Shown: positions 1 to 11,797 of the stretch, in pieces | Position numbering within the stretch: the stretch's first letter is position 1 | Layout: each line of letters opens with the position of its first letter | Origin: Amoebophrya sp. A120 | Lineage: Eukaryota; Protista; Dinoflagellata | Assembly (NCBI GenBank): GCA_905178155.1 | Contig: CAJINV010000005.1 | Span: 3,044,833 to 3,108,832, forward strand | Reading direction: 5' to 3' | DNA: 64,000 bases | Program-made: the position numbers and the translations under genes | Notes under the pieces: model-generated | The model's input: only the letters and a program-made list of their open reading frames with translations | Told to the model about the DNA's origin: nothing | Databases searched by the model: none

Positions 1-278
1 TATCCTGAGTAAAAACGTACCCACACCAGAGTCAGGATGGGGATTTTGCAACACAAACCTAGGAGTTTTGTGAGTCACGCATGACAAGTTGCACTCTGCA
101 GCGTAGTGCAGGTTAGCAAGTGCAGCCGCATCACAGAGTCATCTTCTCATCCTGTTCACAGCATTACAAATTCCAAAACACGACTGGAAATGGCTCTCAT
201 GGGGATGCGCATTACAAGTTTTCTGTCTTTGCAAATCTGCGTTACAACTCTGGCGTGGGGACGTTTTTACTCAGGATA
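1..278. mobile_element. Introner/MITE #1, family C
   Basis: TIR TATCCTGAGTAAAAACGT...ACGTTTTTACTCAGGATA; left flank lies outside the window; right flank ACTTG. Confidence 0.9.
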
Positions 279-3200
279 ACTTGAAATCTTTGTTCGCACC
301 CGCCTCCTCGTCTGCAGTAGAGCAATCTCCTCCTTCGACGTCCCCTGTCGTGAAGAACACACACTCTGGCGGAAGCTACCGCGACGACAAGGGCAGTGGC
401 AGTGCGACCATGACGTCTCCTGGGCCGGGGGGCGAGAACAAATCTACTGCAGAGGGGCCGAGTACTAGCACCGGTAGTTCAGAAGACACCGCGGTGGAGC
501 AGTCTGATTCCGAGCCAGACGCGGCACAGCAGCAGCAGCAGCAGCAATCCACGAGTCCTCCAGCAAAGCAAATGTCTACTGCGAAGGACAACGTGCACAA
601 GATTTTCAGTGACAGATACAAGTCGGAAGAGAAGGAGGAAGGAATCAGCGAAGATTCCAACGGCGCGTCCAGCAACAGCAACCTCGGTGGCCTGATTGGC
701 AGCATGATGAAAGGAAGAGCTACTTCTTCAAATGAGCAGGACGAGAATACTTTCCCCGGAGGAGACGAAGATGAACCTGCGGAAGGAGACACGAGCACGT
801 CGGTGGAAGAAGAGACCGGAGACAGCGCCACGGCGGTGTCGGAAGAGGACCAGCAACCCCCGGCTCCCTCGCCGGAGGACGGTGGGGCGGACGGAAATCC
901 GAACACCGCGCCCGCGCCAAGTCCGGATACTAGTTCATCGGCCTCAAATACCGATCCGATCAACATCACACCGCCCAGCTCCGAGACCCAGCCCGGGTTC
1001 GTGCTCCCCTCGCAGGCCCTGACGCACCAGGACCAGGTCCGGCTGACGCTCACCGTGGGGACGACCTCCGGACACAAGCTGCAGGGGAACGCAAAGACCT
1101 GTGGCGAGGTGAACGTGTTCGCGAACGGGGATCAGGTGCTGAATTTGACCACCTGGGCGGTGGAGCCGGAGTCCACGGGGGTGGTGTCGTTGACCGAGTG
1201 CACGGAAATCAACTTTCGGCAAATCGGGGACGTGGACATCCGGTGTCCGAAATTGGTCCTCGGCGTCGAAGTGCCCAGCGCGAGCGACGCCGCGGCCGCG
1301 GGTGGGCAGAACAATCACGAGTTTGTGGCCGCGCCCGGCGAGGGCGTTTTGCTCCAGTTGCGGAAGTGCGAAGGATTGGGCTGGGACTGGCGCTATTCCG
1401 TCCCCGCAAGCGCTGAGCCGGCGAAGTGCGCCTGGGGGACGGCGGGGGACGTGCCCTTAATCCCCCCGAACATTTTGAACGCAAACGCAGCGAATGCATC
1501 AAACACGGCCACGACGACAGCCGCGCCGGCTGCTTCATCTGGGGGAAATAACCAGCAATTCCCGGTCGCCAGGGACCCGAAGAACCAAGGCGGAAGCGGT
1601 ATTAAGTCGGACGATGAGTCTACGTCTAGCGGAAAATCAGGCGCAACGTTGCTGAAAGCTACAGCGGGTGGTGGTGGTCCTTCTTCTCGTGGCAAGAACA
1701 CATCAGGTTCTGCTGCTGGCGGAGCTGCGGCTTCCTCTACTTCTCTTGCGAAGAACGTCCAATCGTGGCTAGAATACGGGCGCTCTTTGTTACCGCCGAA
1801 TCCGTTAGGAAGCAGTGCTGGTGGTACCTCTACTGCATCTACAGACGACACGTCCCAGAAGACGTTGTCTTTCGACTTGCAGGACACTGGCAAAAATAAA
1901 GGACAAGCACCCGAGCAGAGCGGTTTGAGGAAGACGAAAAGAACAGGGAACAAAGAAGTAGCAGCGAGTGGAAAAGCAACGTCAAGTGCTAGTGGTGGGA
2001 AAAAACTTTCCGCGACGTCGTCCACGTCGCTGCTAGAAATACAGCAGTTCGTCGACGCCCCGGAAAAACCAGTTTCGAAAGCGAAGGAGAGAAAGTTGGA
2101 ACAAATCTTGAAAACTGCGTTGTTGCAACTACCAAAGAGGGAACCCGTACCTGCTGCTGCTGATCCACCGGAATTTCTACAGGTCGAGCAGGAAAGGACA
2201 ATATCGAGGAGGAAAAATCGGGAAACAAGCCGACAAACGGTCGGAAAAAGCCACAAAAACCATCAGAAACCCGCTACAAATAGCAATTCGGGCATCGGCG
2301 GTTTGATTTCCAGTTTTCTGAAGAACGCGGGTTCGGACCCAGACACGTGGAAAGAAGTCCTGGACGCGGTGGATTCCGATGATAAGTTGAAGGCGCAGTT
2401 GGGGAAAATCCTCCGCGACAACCCGTCGCTATGGGCGAAGTTGCTTGCTGCCGTGAAGGACGACGAGAAACTTGCGTCGCGGGTGACGGAGCTCTTCGGC
2501 AGAAATGTAGAAGGGGGCGAGGACGACGAGGATAGCGACAGCACATCAACATCAGGAGGGGACGACACTGCCACCACAACCGCCGCCCCCGCTGATTCCT
2601 CGTCCACCGTCGCTCTAGCCGTTACGCCCTACCCAACCCCCCTGCCCGACACCCCGTATCAAAATGAAAAATCCCCCCACCCCATATCAAAGCGAAGTTT
2701 GTGATGCTGGATTTGCGTACACAAATCAGATTTGTCATGCTGGAGAGGACTGCAGCCCCATACCAAGCCTGAGCAGAGAGGTTTTAGACTAGGCTCTTAG
2801 CATGAGAAACGTCTGCGCTGCAGGCCCAACAGCATTGCAAATCGCCTGCATAGTGCGGCGGAGGCTGTGGAGTTGCATTCTTGCAAGACAGAGATGATTT
2901 GTGGTCGCAAATCAGCATTGGAAATTTTCTGCGACGTACCTTTTCGATATGGGGAGGGGGGATTTTTCCTCACAATACCCCGCCGCCCGGGGTCACCGTT
3001 GCGTGCGGGAAGATGTGCATCGGGGACACGGGGTTTTGCGTCCTACTGGGAAAAGTTTCCGCCTTCATCAACACGAACAAGCCGAAGCCATTGGCAAAGC
3101 CGGAGAGTGCGAGCCTGCCGAAAGCAGTAGCGAACTCGGCCTCGTCCAAGGCGGCGGCCAGTCCGTCGCCGAAGCCCACGTTGCTCTCCCCGGCACAGAA

Positions 3201-6200
3201 GTTGCTGAACCGAAAGAATGGGGACGAAGGACCGCCTTCTTCGGATTCGTCTGGTAATTCAGATGATCCAGACGAGGGTACCCCAGGAGAGCCTTCTAGT
3301 TCCACCGCGTCTTTTTCCCTGGGCACAGATCACGCGAAGGCGAAAGCAGAAGCGTCGTTGCAGGAAGTGACGCGGAAGGGGAACACACGGGTGAACCTCT
3401 GCAGAACCCTGGACCAGCAGGAAGAGGTCGGCGAGATTTCCGCGACGTGCTGCGCGCAAATCACGCTGATGGGATCCGCGTTCGCGGGCGTCGAAGATGC
3501 GAAGTTCTCGCAGTATGGGCCGGCTCAGCTGGAACAAATTGTTCAAGTGGAAATAACGATGTATTTTTTGGCTGAAATTTTTTGTCCTGCATAAGTGGAC
3601 GAAGCAGAATTATCTGCATGCTCTTGCTCCAGCTATGCATGGCAAATTCCAGATGCAGATTTCAGTTCGGTTTGGAGTATCAGACACTTGTCAACTACAT
3701 GTTAGGAGACAACGAACTCCATGATGGCCACTAAGTCTAGACAGAGCATTCGCATTGTCGTCCGCAGCTTGCATCACAGTTCCACCTATGATCATTCGAT
3801 TCCAGCTGAGCAGGGCATACACAGTGCGAGGCGGTGGCGCCGAGCTTGCTGCTGTTAGGGATGAGACGAGTGGAAGAGACGAGCGACGGGGTAGCGAAGA
3901 CTACCAGCAATTTTGGCAGCAACTACGGGGGAAGTGGAGCTGCAGAAGCGGAACCGTTGTCAGTTTCAGAAGGAAGGGCTTCGACTTCGTTTGCAGAAGG
4001 AGACGAAGAGAGAATGACAATGAAAACTCTCTCGTTGACAGTCGAAAGCAGGGGGAAGAAAAACGAGAAAAAGATGACCTCGGCTGGGGAAACCAAAATG
4101 AAATCATCTGCCAAAGATTCTACTGCTGGAGTAGAAGATGATCATGTTGAGCAAAGTAATAAATCGGCTGCCGGTGCGACGAAAACCTCTGCTGGTTCTG
4201 GAGAGAAAAAGCAAAAGGATAACAAACCGGAAAAAGGTCGTACTAGTACGTCGAAACTTGCAGCAGTGCTGGACGATCATGTTGTTAAGAACAAGAATGT
4301 AGTCAAAAACAGCGTGACCACCGTAGATCAACTAGGTCCCGCCCAAAAGAAATCGGATCTGACGATGAACTTGGTGCTCACAGACCAGCACAAAACCGGT
4401 TCAGACCAACAGCAAGATCCAGTTGCCGGAGGAACGACGGATATTGGGAAAATCCTCGAGGACACGGCAAAGGCAAAGGCCGCCGCCGTATCGCCGCCGC
4501 CGCCGCGGGACGCGAGTTTCGTGTACCACGCGGAGAACGGGGATTTGCGGCTGGACACGCTCGCTTGTGACGAGTTCATCATTCGCACGGCCACCACGGA
4601 GGGCGCGCAGCTGAGCACGTGGCGAGGGAGTCTGCGGAAGCCCTGGGAGGGCAGCGACTGCAAGAAGATTGTGATGCCGATTCCGAATACCCTGCTGTTC
4701 ACGGAGTGCAAAACCATCAGCACGGGAGAGAACAGCAACGCCGTGGAGTTGAATCTGGACGAGAGCGAACAAACCAACACGACGACGCGAATGGATGCGT
4801 TGATGCTGAATTGTCAGAAACCCGGGTTTATCAAATGTAAAAATGTCTGGGTCTGGAAACTTGTAATGCTGCGTCGGGAATAGTGGATGCTCTGTAATGC
4901 ACAGCCAAGCATGAGAAATAACTGCGCTCCTTTGTGCTGCGTTTTTCGCATGACAAACTGCGTTTTTGCATGAAAGGCAAAGGGGTCTCTTCTTGGACAC
5001 GCATCACAAACTTTTTGGTCATGCAAGACAAGCATGACAAATCTCGGAATCTTCCAGACCCAGCCATTTTTGCATTTGATGGGGTTTCACTGGGCGCCGA
5101 CCAGTAAATCTACACCAGCAGACGGAACGGAAGATTTGGTTTCCTTGAATGAAGCGAATAGACAAAAAGAGATCTTGAACAAGAATACCGGCTTTGCGTC
5201 CGGTGCCGGAAACTCCGAAGAGGACCATTCGCACACGTACGTGAACGGACAGGAGCAGCCGGTGCCGAAGGAGGAACTGGAGGAAACTACCACGCCCGCG
5301 CCCATGAAGGAAACCGGATTTACTGGCCAGTGCCGGGAGATCTGCTTCGGGGCTGTAGTCCCGGTGTGCGTCAGTTTGGAGAGCTCCTACTTGCCGAAGA
5401 CGCTCACCGCGGAAGTCTCCCTCGCGGAGATCGACGCGCTTCCCGGCGGGCTGGTGGATATCCACGACTGCAACACGTTCGAAAAAATGGACTCGAACGA
5501 CACCGCCTTCCCCGGAAAGCGGTTGGCGGTTTCGGGCTGCAACCGGATGGAAGCGCAGGGGAACGCCTTCTACGACCTTGACCAGCGCGAGTCGGTGGTT
5601 CTCAAGGGCTGCATGGCACAGGAAACGACGGAGCAGAGCGGGCTGCCGGTTACGGTATAGGGAAGTAGTAATTTTTTGCGAAAATAATAGAATCCTGATT
5701 AGCATCGTCTATCTTTCATGTACAACAACTTGCGCGGCCGTGCAGCTGTTTTTTTTTCGTATAAGAGCTGTCGCTTCATAGAGTTCTAGTTCTAAGTACT
5801 TAGTTCTATTCGGCACCAAGTACTAAAAACTACAATCCTCCGCAGTCCATGCCGCCGACGGAGGGCTGCGATTTGGCGGGAAAGACCCCGAAGCTGTTCA
5901 CCTTCGAGTCGCAGGAATTGTTCAAGGGGGAGCCCACGCAGTGCTACAAATCGCTCCACGCCGACTCCCCGCAGATGCTGGCGCGCCGGAAGGCGGTGGC
6001 GCGGACGCTCGGGCTGCAGGACTGCCGGGTTATCAAAAGAAAAAATCCCCCCTCCCCATATCAAAAACGAAATTTGTATTGCTGCATTTGAGTACACAAA
6101 TCGACTTGTATTGCCAGAGGGCCAAGCGACGCAGTTGCTCCCTCGTTTGGAGGCAATTTCTTATGCTATTTCCCGTTTCCAGTTGCCTCCTGTCATGTTG

Positions 6201-9200
6201 AAGATGCAAGGCGTTCCTGCGCCAGCCAGCCCCACAGTCCGCATCGCTTCCCTTCTAGCATCACAAAGCTGTTCCTGTTGATTTGTGACCACAAATCTGC
6301 ATCACAGATTTCCGCTTTGATATGGGGAGGGGGCATTTTTCATTGTAATATGGGTCACCGGGGCGCGACTAGAAATCGTGAACGGGCCGGACGAAGTCAT
6401 GAAGCCAGAGGAGGGGATATGAGAGTGCACAACCCCCCTCCCCTCATTTGTCATGCAAAATCCCAAATCCAGTCGCTGCCCTGTCGCACTGTTTGCATGA
6501 CAAGTTCTGGCTGTAGCCAAAATAGCACTAGTACGCTCCAGTGCAAATTTGTCATGCAAAGCCGACATCCTTGCTGATGCTTGTAGTGCCATTCATGCTA
6601 TAAAAATGAGGGGGAGGAGGAGTTGTGCACTGTCAAAGGGGAATATCTTCAAGTCCTGGATTACGTCGAAACACGATCGGCAGCTTATCAGAATAAAAAA
6701 TTCCCCCTCCCCACATCAAAACGAAGTTTCTGATGCTGGATTTGCGTACACAAATCAGATTTTTCTTGCTGGCGCCGACTGCAGACCCATATCAAGATTG
6801 AGGTGATAGGTTTTGGCCTAGGCGCTTTGCATGACAGACGTCTACGCTGTAAGGTACAGCAGCATGACAAACCGCCTGTAGAATGCGGCGGAGTCTGTGG
6901 AGTTGCCTTCATGCAACACGGAGACGATTTGTGGTCACAAATCAGCAACGCAAATTGTCGAAAACGTGGCTTGTCAATATGGGGAGGGGGGATTGTCCCT
7001 TTTGATACAGCTGTCCTGCGACGCGACGGATCTGAGACCAGGAGACGATACGGCGGAACCTGTACTTACTAGAGGAGTGCGTTGTAGTTTTACAATTTTC
7101 GGTGCATATCATGATGAAAATAAAGTCAACAAACGAAAACCGAAGCGAAGCAGATGCTGCGTGCAGAAGCCGCAGCTCTTTTTCATCATCAAGACATCGC
7201 GGAGGACAAAAATTTGAATAAATCAACAGTCTTCCTGCTACGGGTTTCTGGCTATCCCCCAGAAAAAGACCGACAGGTCATATTTGTAATGCAAAAATAA
7301 ATAGACAAAAAAATCTGTATTGCATGCCCTAAACAGGATGTTATGGCCTCGCCCATGACAGATTTTCCTGTGTATTTATTTTTGCATTACAAATATGACC
7401 TGTCGGTCTTTTTCTGTTGGATACTGGCTAAGCAGTACGGCACCAAGACCGAAGTGGAGATCTACCCGGAAGATGTTTCCGACGGAGAAATATGCATTGC
7501 AAAAATGTCTGGGTCTGGAAGAGTACAAACTTGTAATGCGCATTTCAGAACACAGAAAAGTCTCTCATGCATAGGTAGCAAAAGCTGCCCAATTTCTGTC
7601 ACCAAAATGGGGGACTTGTCATGCGCATTCGGCATGCCGGAAGCTTCTCGAAACCTGTGATGCTAGAGCTTCCATGCCAGCCCTTCTGTGTCATGCAAAA
7701 ACAGCATGACTCTTCCAGACCCAGACATTTTTACATTTCATAAGAAAATGCCGATATAAAGGTCAAACTCAAGGACGAACTGAACGCCGCCTTGCTCGAC
7801 GCGTTACCAGACATCAAGAAGGAGTGCAGCTGCATTATGGAGGTCTTTCTTTTAGCCCTGTGGGTCATTCTTTCAAGGTTTTTCGCTTATCCCTATGGAC
7901 GATCGTGATTTTGATTAGTTCAAGATGGGTCATGTTCTTTCGTATCAGCGGATCTCGAAAAAGAATTGTGGTTTTTTCACGTTCATCGTTGATTTATGAC
8001 GGCGCCCAGGAACAAATGAAGGAGAAAGTCCGTCAAAATAAATCTCACGCAGGCGTCCGTCGCAGAGGTGGGGCAACTGAACCTCATCCGCGAGATATCA
8101 GAAGGAAAAATCCCCCCTCCCCATATCGAGACGAAGTTTCTGATGCTGGATTTGTTTACACAAATCAGATTTGTCTTGCTGGCAAGGACTGCAGGCCCAT
8201 ATCAAGCCTGAGTAGACTGGTTTTGGCCTAGGCGCTTTGCATGATAGACGTCTACTCTGTAAGTAAAACAGCACGACAGACCGCCTGTAGAATGCGGCGG
8301 AGCATGTGGAGTTGCCTTCATGCAACACAAAGACGATTTGTGGTCACAAATCAGCAACGCAAATTTTCGAAAACGTGCCTTGTCAATATGGGGAGGGGGG
8401 ATTTTTCCTTTTGATACGAGAAGCAGCGCGTGATCAAGATCGGGGTGCTATTGAGAGGAAAAATCCCCCCTCCCCATATTGAAAAGGTATGTTTCCAAAA
8501 ATTTGTGTTGCGGATTTGAGGTCACAAATCACATCTGTCATGCAAGACGACAAGGGCAGAAGCTTTCGCCCCATTAGGGAAGCGATTTGTCATGCTGGTG
8601 GGCTTAAAGGGGAGCCGTTTGCCATGCTGAGCAACTAGACCCATACGCCCCTACCTAGCCTGGGGATCTGGCCGCAGTGCCGCTCTGCAATACAAAGCTG
8701 ATTCGTGGCCACAAATCAGCATCACAAATTTCCGTTTTTATATGGGGAGGGGGGATTTTTCATTTTGATAGGTGCGGACGCTGGAAAACGTTCCAGTGAA
8801 CAAGGGCATCCAGGAACTGCTACTGGACGACGCCTTGGCTGAGTACCGGAAATCCAAGGCAAAAGCGGCCGCCACGATGAGCCAGATTTCGAAAGAATTT
8901 GTCCAGTTGGTCGACATTGGAGAGGATGAAACCTACGAAGAACCTGCCGCGGCGCTGCTGCAACTCGGCGCGAACTTCCTCCAGGACGAACATCTTCGAG
9001 GACCCGCGTATGCATTTGTAGAAACGTCGTGTGTCGCAGCTACTAGCAGAACCAGTTTTATCGTGAGTTGCCTTTTTGCGAAATAATTTTCGGAAAACGT
9101 ATCAGCTCACGTGAAAAATAGAAATACGACAATTTAGACTGCGTCAAATATGGACGATTTCGATCATACTTTTGTGCAGCTGCATACTGCGGGTAATATT

Positions 9201-10498
9201 TGGACCACGCCAAACGGGAACAATGCTAATTTCGATGAATTTTCCGGTTTAGTGGACTTCAAAACGGTACCCACATCAGCCTTGGATGCGTCGTTCCCGA
9301 CCTTGCCCACGTTATTGGAAGAGGAAGAGCAGGGCTTTTCTCTTGCGAATTCCAACGAAGCAAATCCGTATAGTAGTTACGCCAGAGGTGGTGTAACAAC
9401 ATCTTTCCCTTCCAGTAGCTCTTTGAGTGTATTACCAGAACAACCCCCCTTCTCCTTCCTGCAACAGCAATCCTTGTCGCAAGCAAGTACTTCTTCTGCG
9501 TACCGGGCGCCGACGAACCCAAAGATGATCAAAACGATGTTTCACGTGAGTCTGACCGGCCTGGGGCAGGAGCAGGCGCTGGCGCGCGCGTTGGCCTCGC
9601 GAGCGGGGAAGGAAAGGTTTTTGACCACCTTCATGGAGCTCACGGCCAGCACCGGGCTGGGCACGGAGATTGGGCTCTCCATGAGCGACATCCGGTCCGC
9701 GGCCATCTGCGACACCAATCTGCTGAGCGAGGGGGAAGAGGAAGAGAAGACGTCGAATCTGCTGGAGCTGGGCAGAGATGTTGACGAGCAGCAGGGTACT
9801 ATACCTTCTGACAACACCATGAAAATGTCGTCCAAGGAAGTTGCAGACGCTGTTCCTGGTGTACAGGACGAGAATAAGTCCCCGGGTAGTACGAGTGGAA
9901 CTACAGCTTCTACTTTGGTCAACCGTAAAAAGGCCATGGTCGGCGCGGCCAAGGAATCCTTCTCCATCGCAGTAGCCACGCCGACAAAAGCGGTAGTTTT
10001 ATGATAATGTGGTCGCTGATCTCTCTGTCTTGAACTTTTTAGTTCTTTTGTCACGTAATTAAAGTGTCTCTGTGTGTCTGTGCGCAGGGCAGCTGCACGA
10101 AGCTGGGATATATCTATGTCGCGAGATAACAAAAAACCATGGCACTATTACAACAGTTTCCGGAGGCCCTGGTCGGCGCCCTTGGGGCGGAGAAGGTTAC
10201 CTCCACGGCCGCGCCCTTCGGTCTCGGGACGCCGGTGTTTCTCGGGAAAAAGTGCGAGTTTGTGGTGGTCCACGCGTTGGAGAGGCCGGACGTGAACGCG
10301 CTGTCCTTTCAGAAAGCCTCGTTTGCGGTGATGGGCTGCGACTCCACCGAGTTGGGCAAGGGCGAGCCCAACATCGACGTCATGGCAACCCGGTGCACCG
10401 GCGCCGCCGTTGAGGATTATGCTGCGAGAAGCGGGACCTTCAACATCCGAGCGAGCGGGTGCGAAAGCACGCAGAACACGGTGCCGGCCCCGGTTTAA
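279..10498 (+). CDS. Gene 1 (5'-partial, multi-exon): large low-complexity protein with Cys-containing beta-helix-like repeats; function unknown
   Basis: ORF fragments 281, 2881, 3834, 5034, 5849, 6549, 6897, 7343, 8772, 9150 and 10139 join in frame after removing 10 TIR elements (+1 TSD each) and about 6 GT-AG introns. Stop TAA at 10496-10498, followed by an AT-rich spacer. Two GT-AG intron boundaries (near 3547-3824 and 9010-9137) are uncertain. Confidence 0.8.
2657..2977. mobile_element. Introner/MITE #2, family B
   Basis: TIR TATCAAAATGAAAAATCCCCCC...GGGGGATTTTTCCTCACAATA; TSD CCCCG; junction DTP|PPGVT. Confidence 0.95.
3547..3824 (+). other. Probable canonical GT-AG intron (boundaries uncertain)
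   Basis: AT-richer segment with stops between ORFs 2881 and 3834; CAA|GTGGAA...ACACAG|TGC joins in frame. Confidence 0.45.
4829..5081. mobile_element. Introner/MITE #3, family A
   Basis: TIR TATCAAATGTAAAAATGTCTGGGTCTGGAA...TTCCAGACCCAGCCATTTTTGCATTTGATG; TSD GGGTT; junction KPGF|HWAP. Confidence 0.95.
5655..5845 (+). other. Canonical GT-AG intron
   Basis: ACG|GTATAG...CCGCAG|TCC; AT-rich; junction LPVT|SMPP in frame. Confidence 0.75.
6031..6350. mobile_element. Introner/MITE #4, family B
   Basis: Family B TIRs; TSD CGGGT/TGGGT; junction DCRV|TGAR. Confidence 0.93.
6418..6637. mobile_element. Introner/MITE #5, family I (single copy here)
   Basis: TIR TATGAGAGTGCACAAC...GTTGTGCACTGTCAAA; TSD GGGGA; junction EEG|NIFK. 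Confidence 0.9.
6686..7007. mobile_element. Introner/MITE #6, family B
   Basis: Family B TIRs; TSD CAGCT; junction DRQL|SCDA. Confidence 0.95.
7077..7229 (+). other. Canonical GT-AG intron
   Basis: GGA|GTGCGT...CAACAG|TCT; junction LTRG|SSCY in frame. Confidence 0.65.
7253..7423. mobile_element. Introner/MITE #7, family D (long fold-back)
   Basis: ~65-bp TIR TATCCCCCAGAAAAAGACCGACAGGTCATATTTGTAATGCAAAAATAAATA...; TSD CTGGC; junction GFLA|KQYG. Confidence 0.95.
7491..7742. mobile_element. Introner/MITE #8, family A
   Basis: Family A TIRs (TATG...CATA); TSD AGAAA; junction DGE|NADI. Confidence 0.95.
7843..8052 (+). other. Probable canonical GT-AG intron
   Basis: GAG|GTCTTT...ACGCAG|GCG; junction CIME|ASVA in frame. 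Confidence 0.6.
8096..8416. mobile_element. Introner/MITE #9, family B
   Basis: Family B TIRs; TSD CGAGA; junction LIRE|KQRV. Confidence 0.95.
8449..8770. mobile_element. Introner/MITE #10, family B
   Basis: Family B TIRs; TSD GGTGC; junction KIGV|RTLE. Confidence 0.95.
9018..9137 (+). other. Probable canonical intron (donor position uncertain)
   Basis: AT-rich gap with a stop between ORFs 8772 and 9150; candidate acceptor TTTAG|ACT is in phase 0. Confidence 0.4.
9993..10156 (+). other. Probable canonical GT-AG intron
   Basis: GCG|GTAGTT...CAACAG|TTT; junction PTKA|FPEA in frame. Confidence 0.6.
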
Positions 10499-11797
10499 CT
10501 AGGTAGGGATCTTTGACAACGTGGCGGGCTGCTCGGGGGGAGGCAAGGATACTTATTTTTTTGTAGAAGTTGATGTGCGTGGTCAAATGGGCAGGAGGGG
10601 CAGGGCAAAAACAAGTAGGATCTAACAGAAATATGAAATTCAAAAAATTCAGCCGCATTTTTACTTCGCAAGATGGAAGCTACACCAAGGCTTTGATTCC
10701 AACACAACTAAACAAGAGTCAAATTCCGACTCAAGTCAGAACATTTTAGAATAGAAACATACGTCGACACTGTGAAAATAATGTCCAGCGACTTCGCAAA
10801 GAGTCTAAGTATGTCTCAAAATGAAATTTGTACACTAAGGTTTCATCGTTTTTTGAACAATATTATAGTAATGCTGCATTGAGTCTTTTTCCTCCTCGGC
10901 ACGTTTCGCATTTCGTTTCGAATTTTTTTTTTTCAATCTGCAAGCCCGCGCTGTGATTTCGCAAAACTGCAAGAGCAGTACGAGGACCTCGTACCATATT
11001 CGCAGGATTGGCAATGCTAGTACTGCTAGAGCCTAGTGCAATTTATTCCCAAGGAAGTCATGATTTTTCGAAAGTCGCGATCAGAAAATGAATGTGATTC
11101 TTACTAGAACGGTGAGTGTAAAAATAATGTACGGCCTCTAGGCGACGCTGCACAAGCAGAATTACTGCGAACCAACAAGTTACTTACAAACTTTATGTGA
11201 GGATGCAGTCGCAGTGCCCTACCATGCTCCTGCTGGGTCCTCACAGTCACGCAATAGTCTGCGTGTTTGCGTGTCGTCCTGCAACGCGAGTAGTGCTTTA
11301 ATTTTTCTTTTTGTGCGCAACCAACGAGAACTGAACCTGAGAGTGAAGTTGCGAGTCTGTTGAGTGCAAGTCCGCGGAGTTCATCTGAGATTCAAATTTT
11401 AAAAACCGGATTTTCAGAGCGAAACAAGGTGTGGCGTTTTCGTGTGATGGAACAAGCCAAGTTCATCTTGAGGGTGAGTCAGTTCTTTCTCCGGCGTCAG
11501 TAAAAGATCATACAACGCTGCAGCGAGGACCGCATGAAGATCTCCAAGGTCATCTTCGTGGTGCAGTAGATCTGTTAATACTAGCTGTGTGGACGAGCAG
11601 CTGCGCAAAAGAATTCGGGTTTTTTCAAGAGGGAGCAAAGAGTGATTGAACTTGAAGGCCGCGGCTGCCGGTCCTTCGTCAGAAATAAGCGAAAGAAAGG
11701 CATCAGCCGAGGAGCAGGAGGTGAGCGCACCTGCTTCACTCCTAGTAATCGCCATAGACGGATATAATCATGGCCGGTGCGGTGCTGGCAGCTGCAG

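Noticed and set aside
10499-11797. Promoter, spliced-leader relic or ncRNA in the intergenic spacer
   Set aside because: AT-rich with T-runs but no motif I can support. No dinoflagellate spliced-leader sequence seen by eye.
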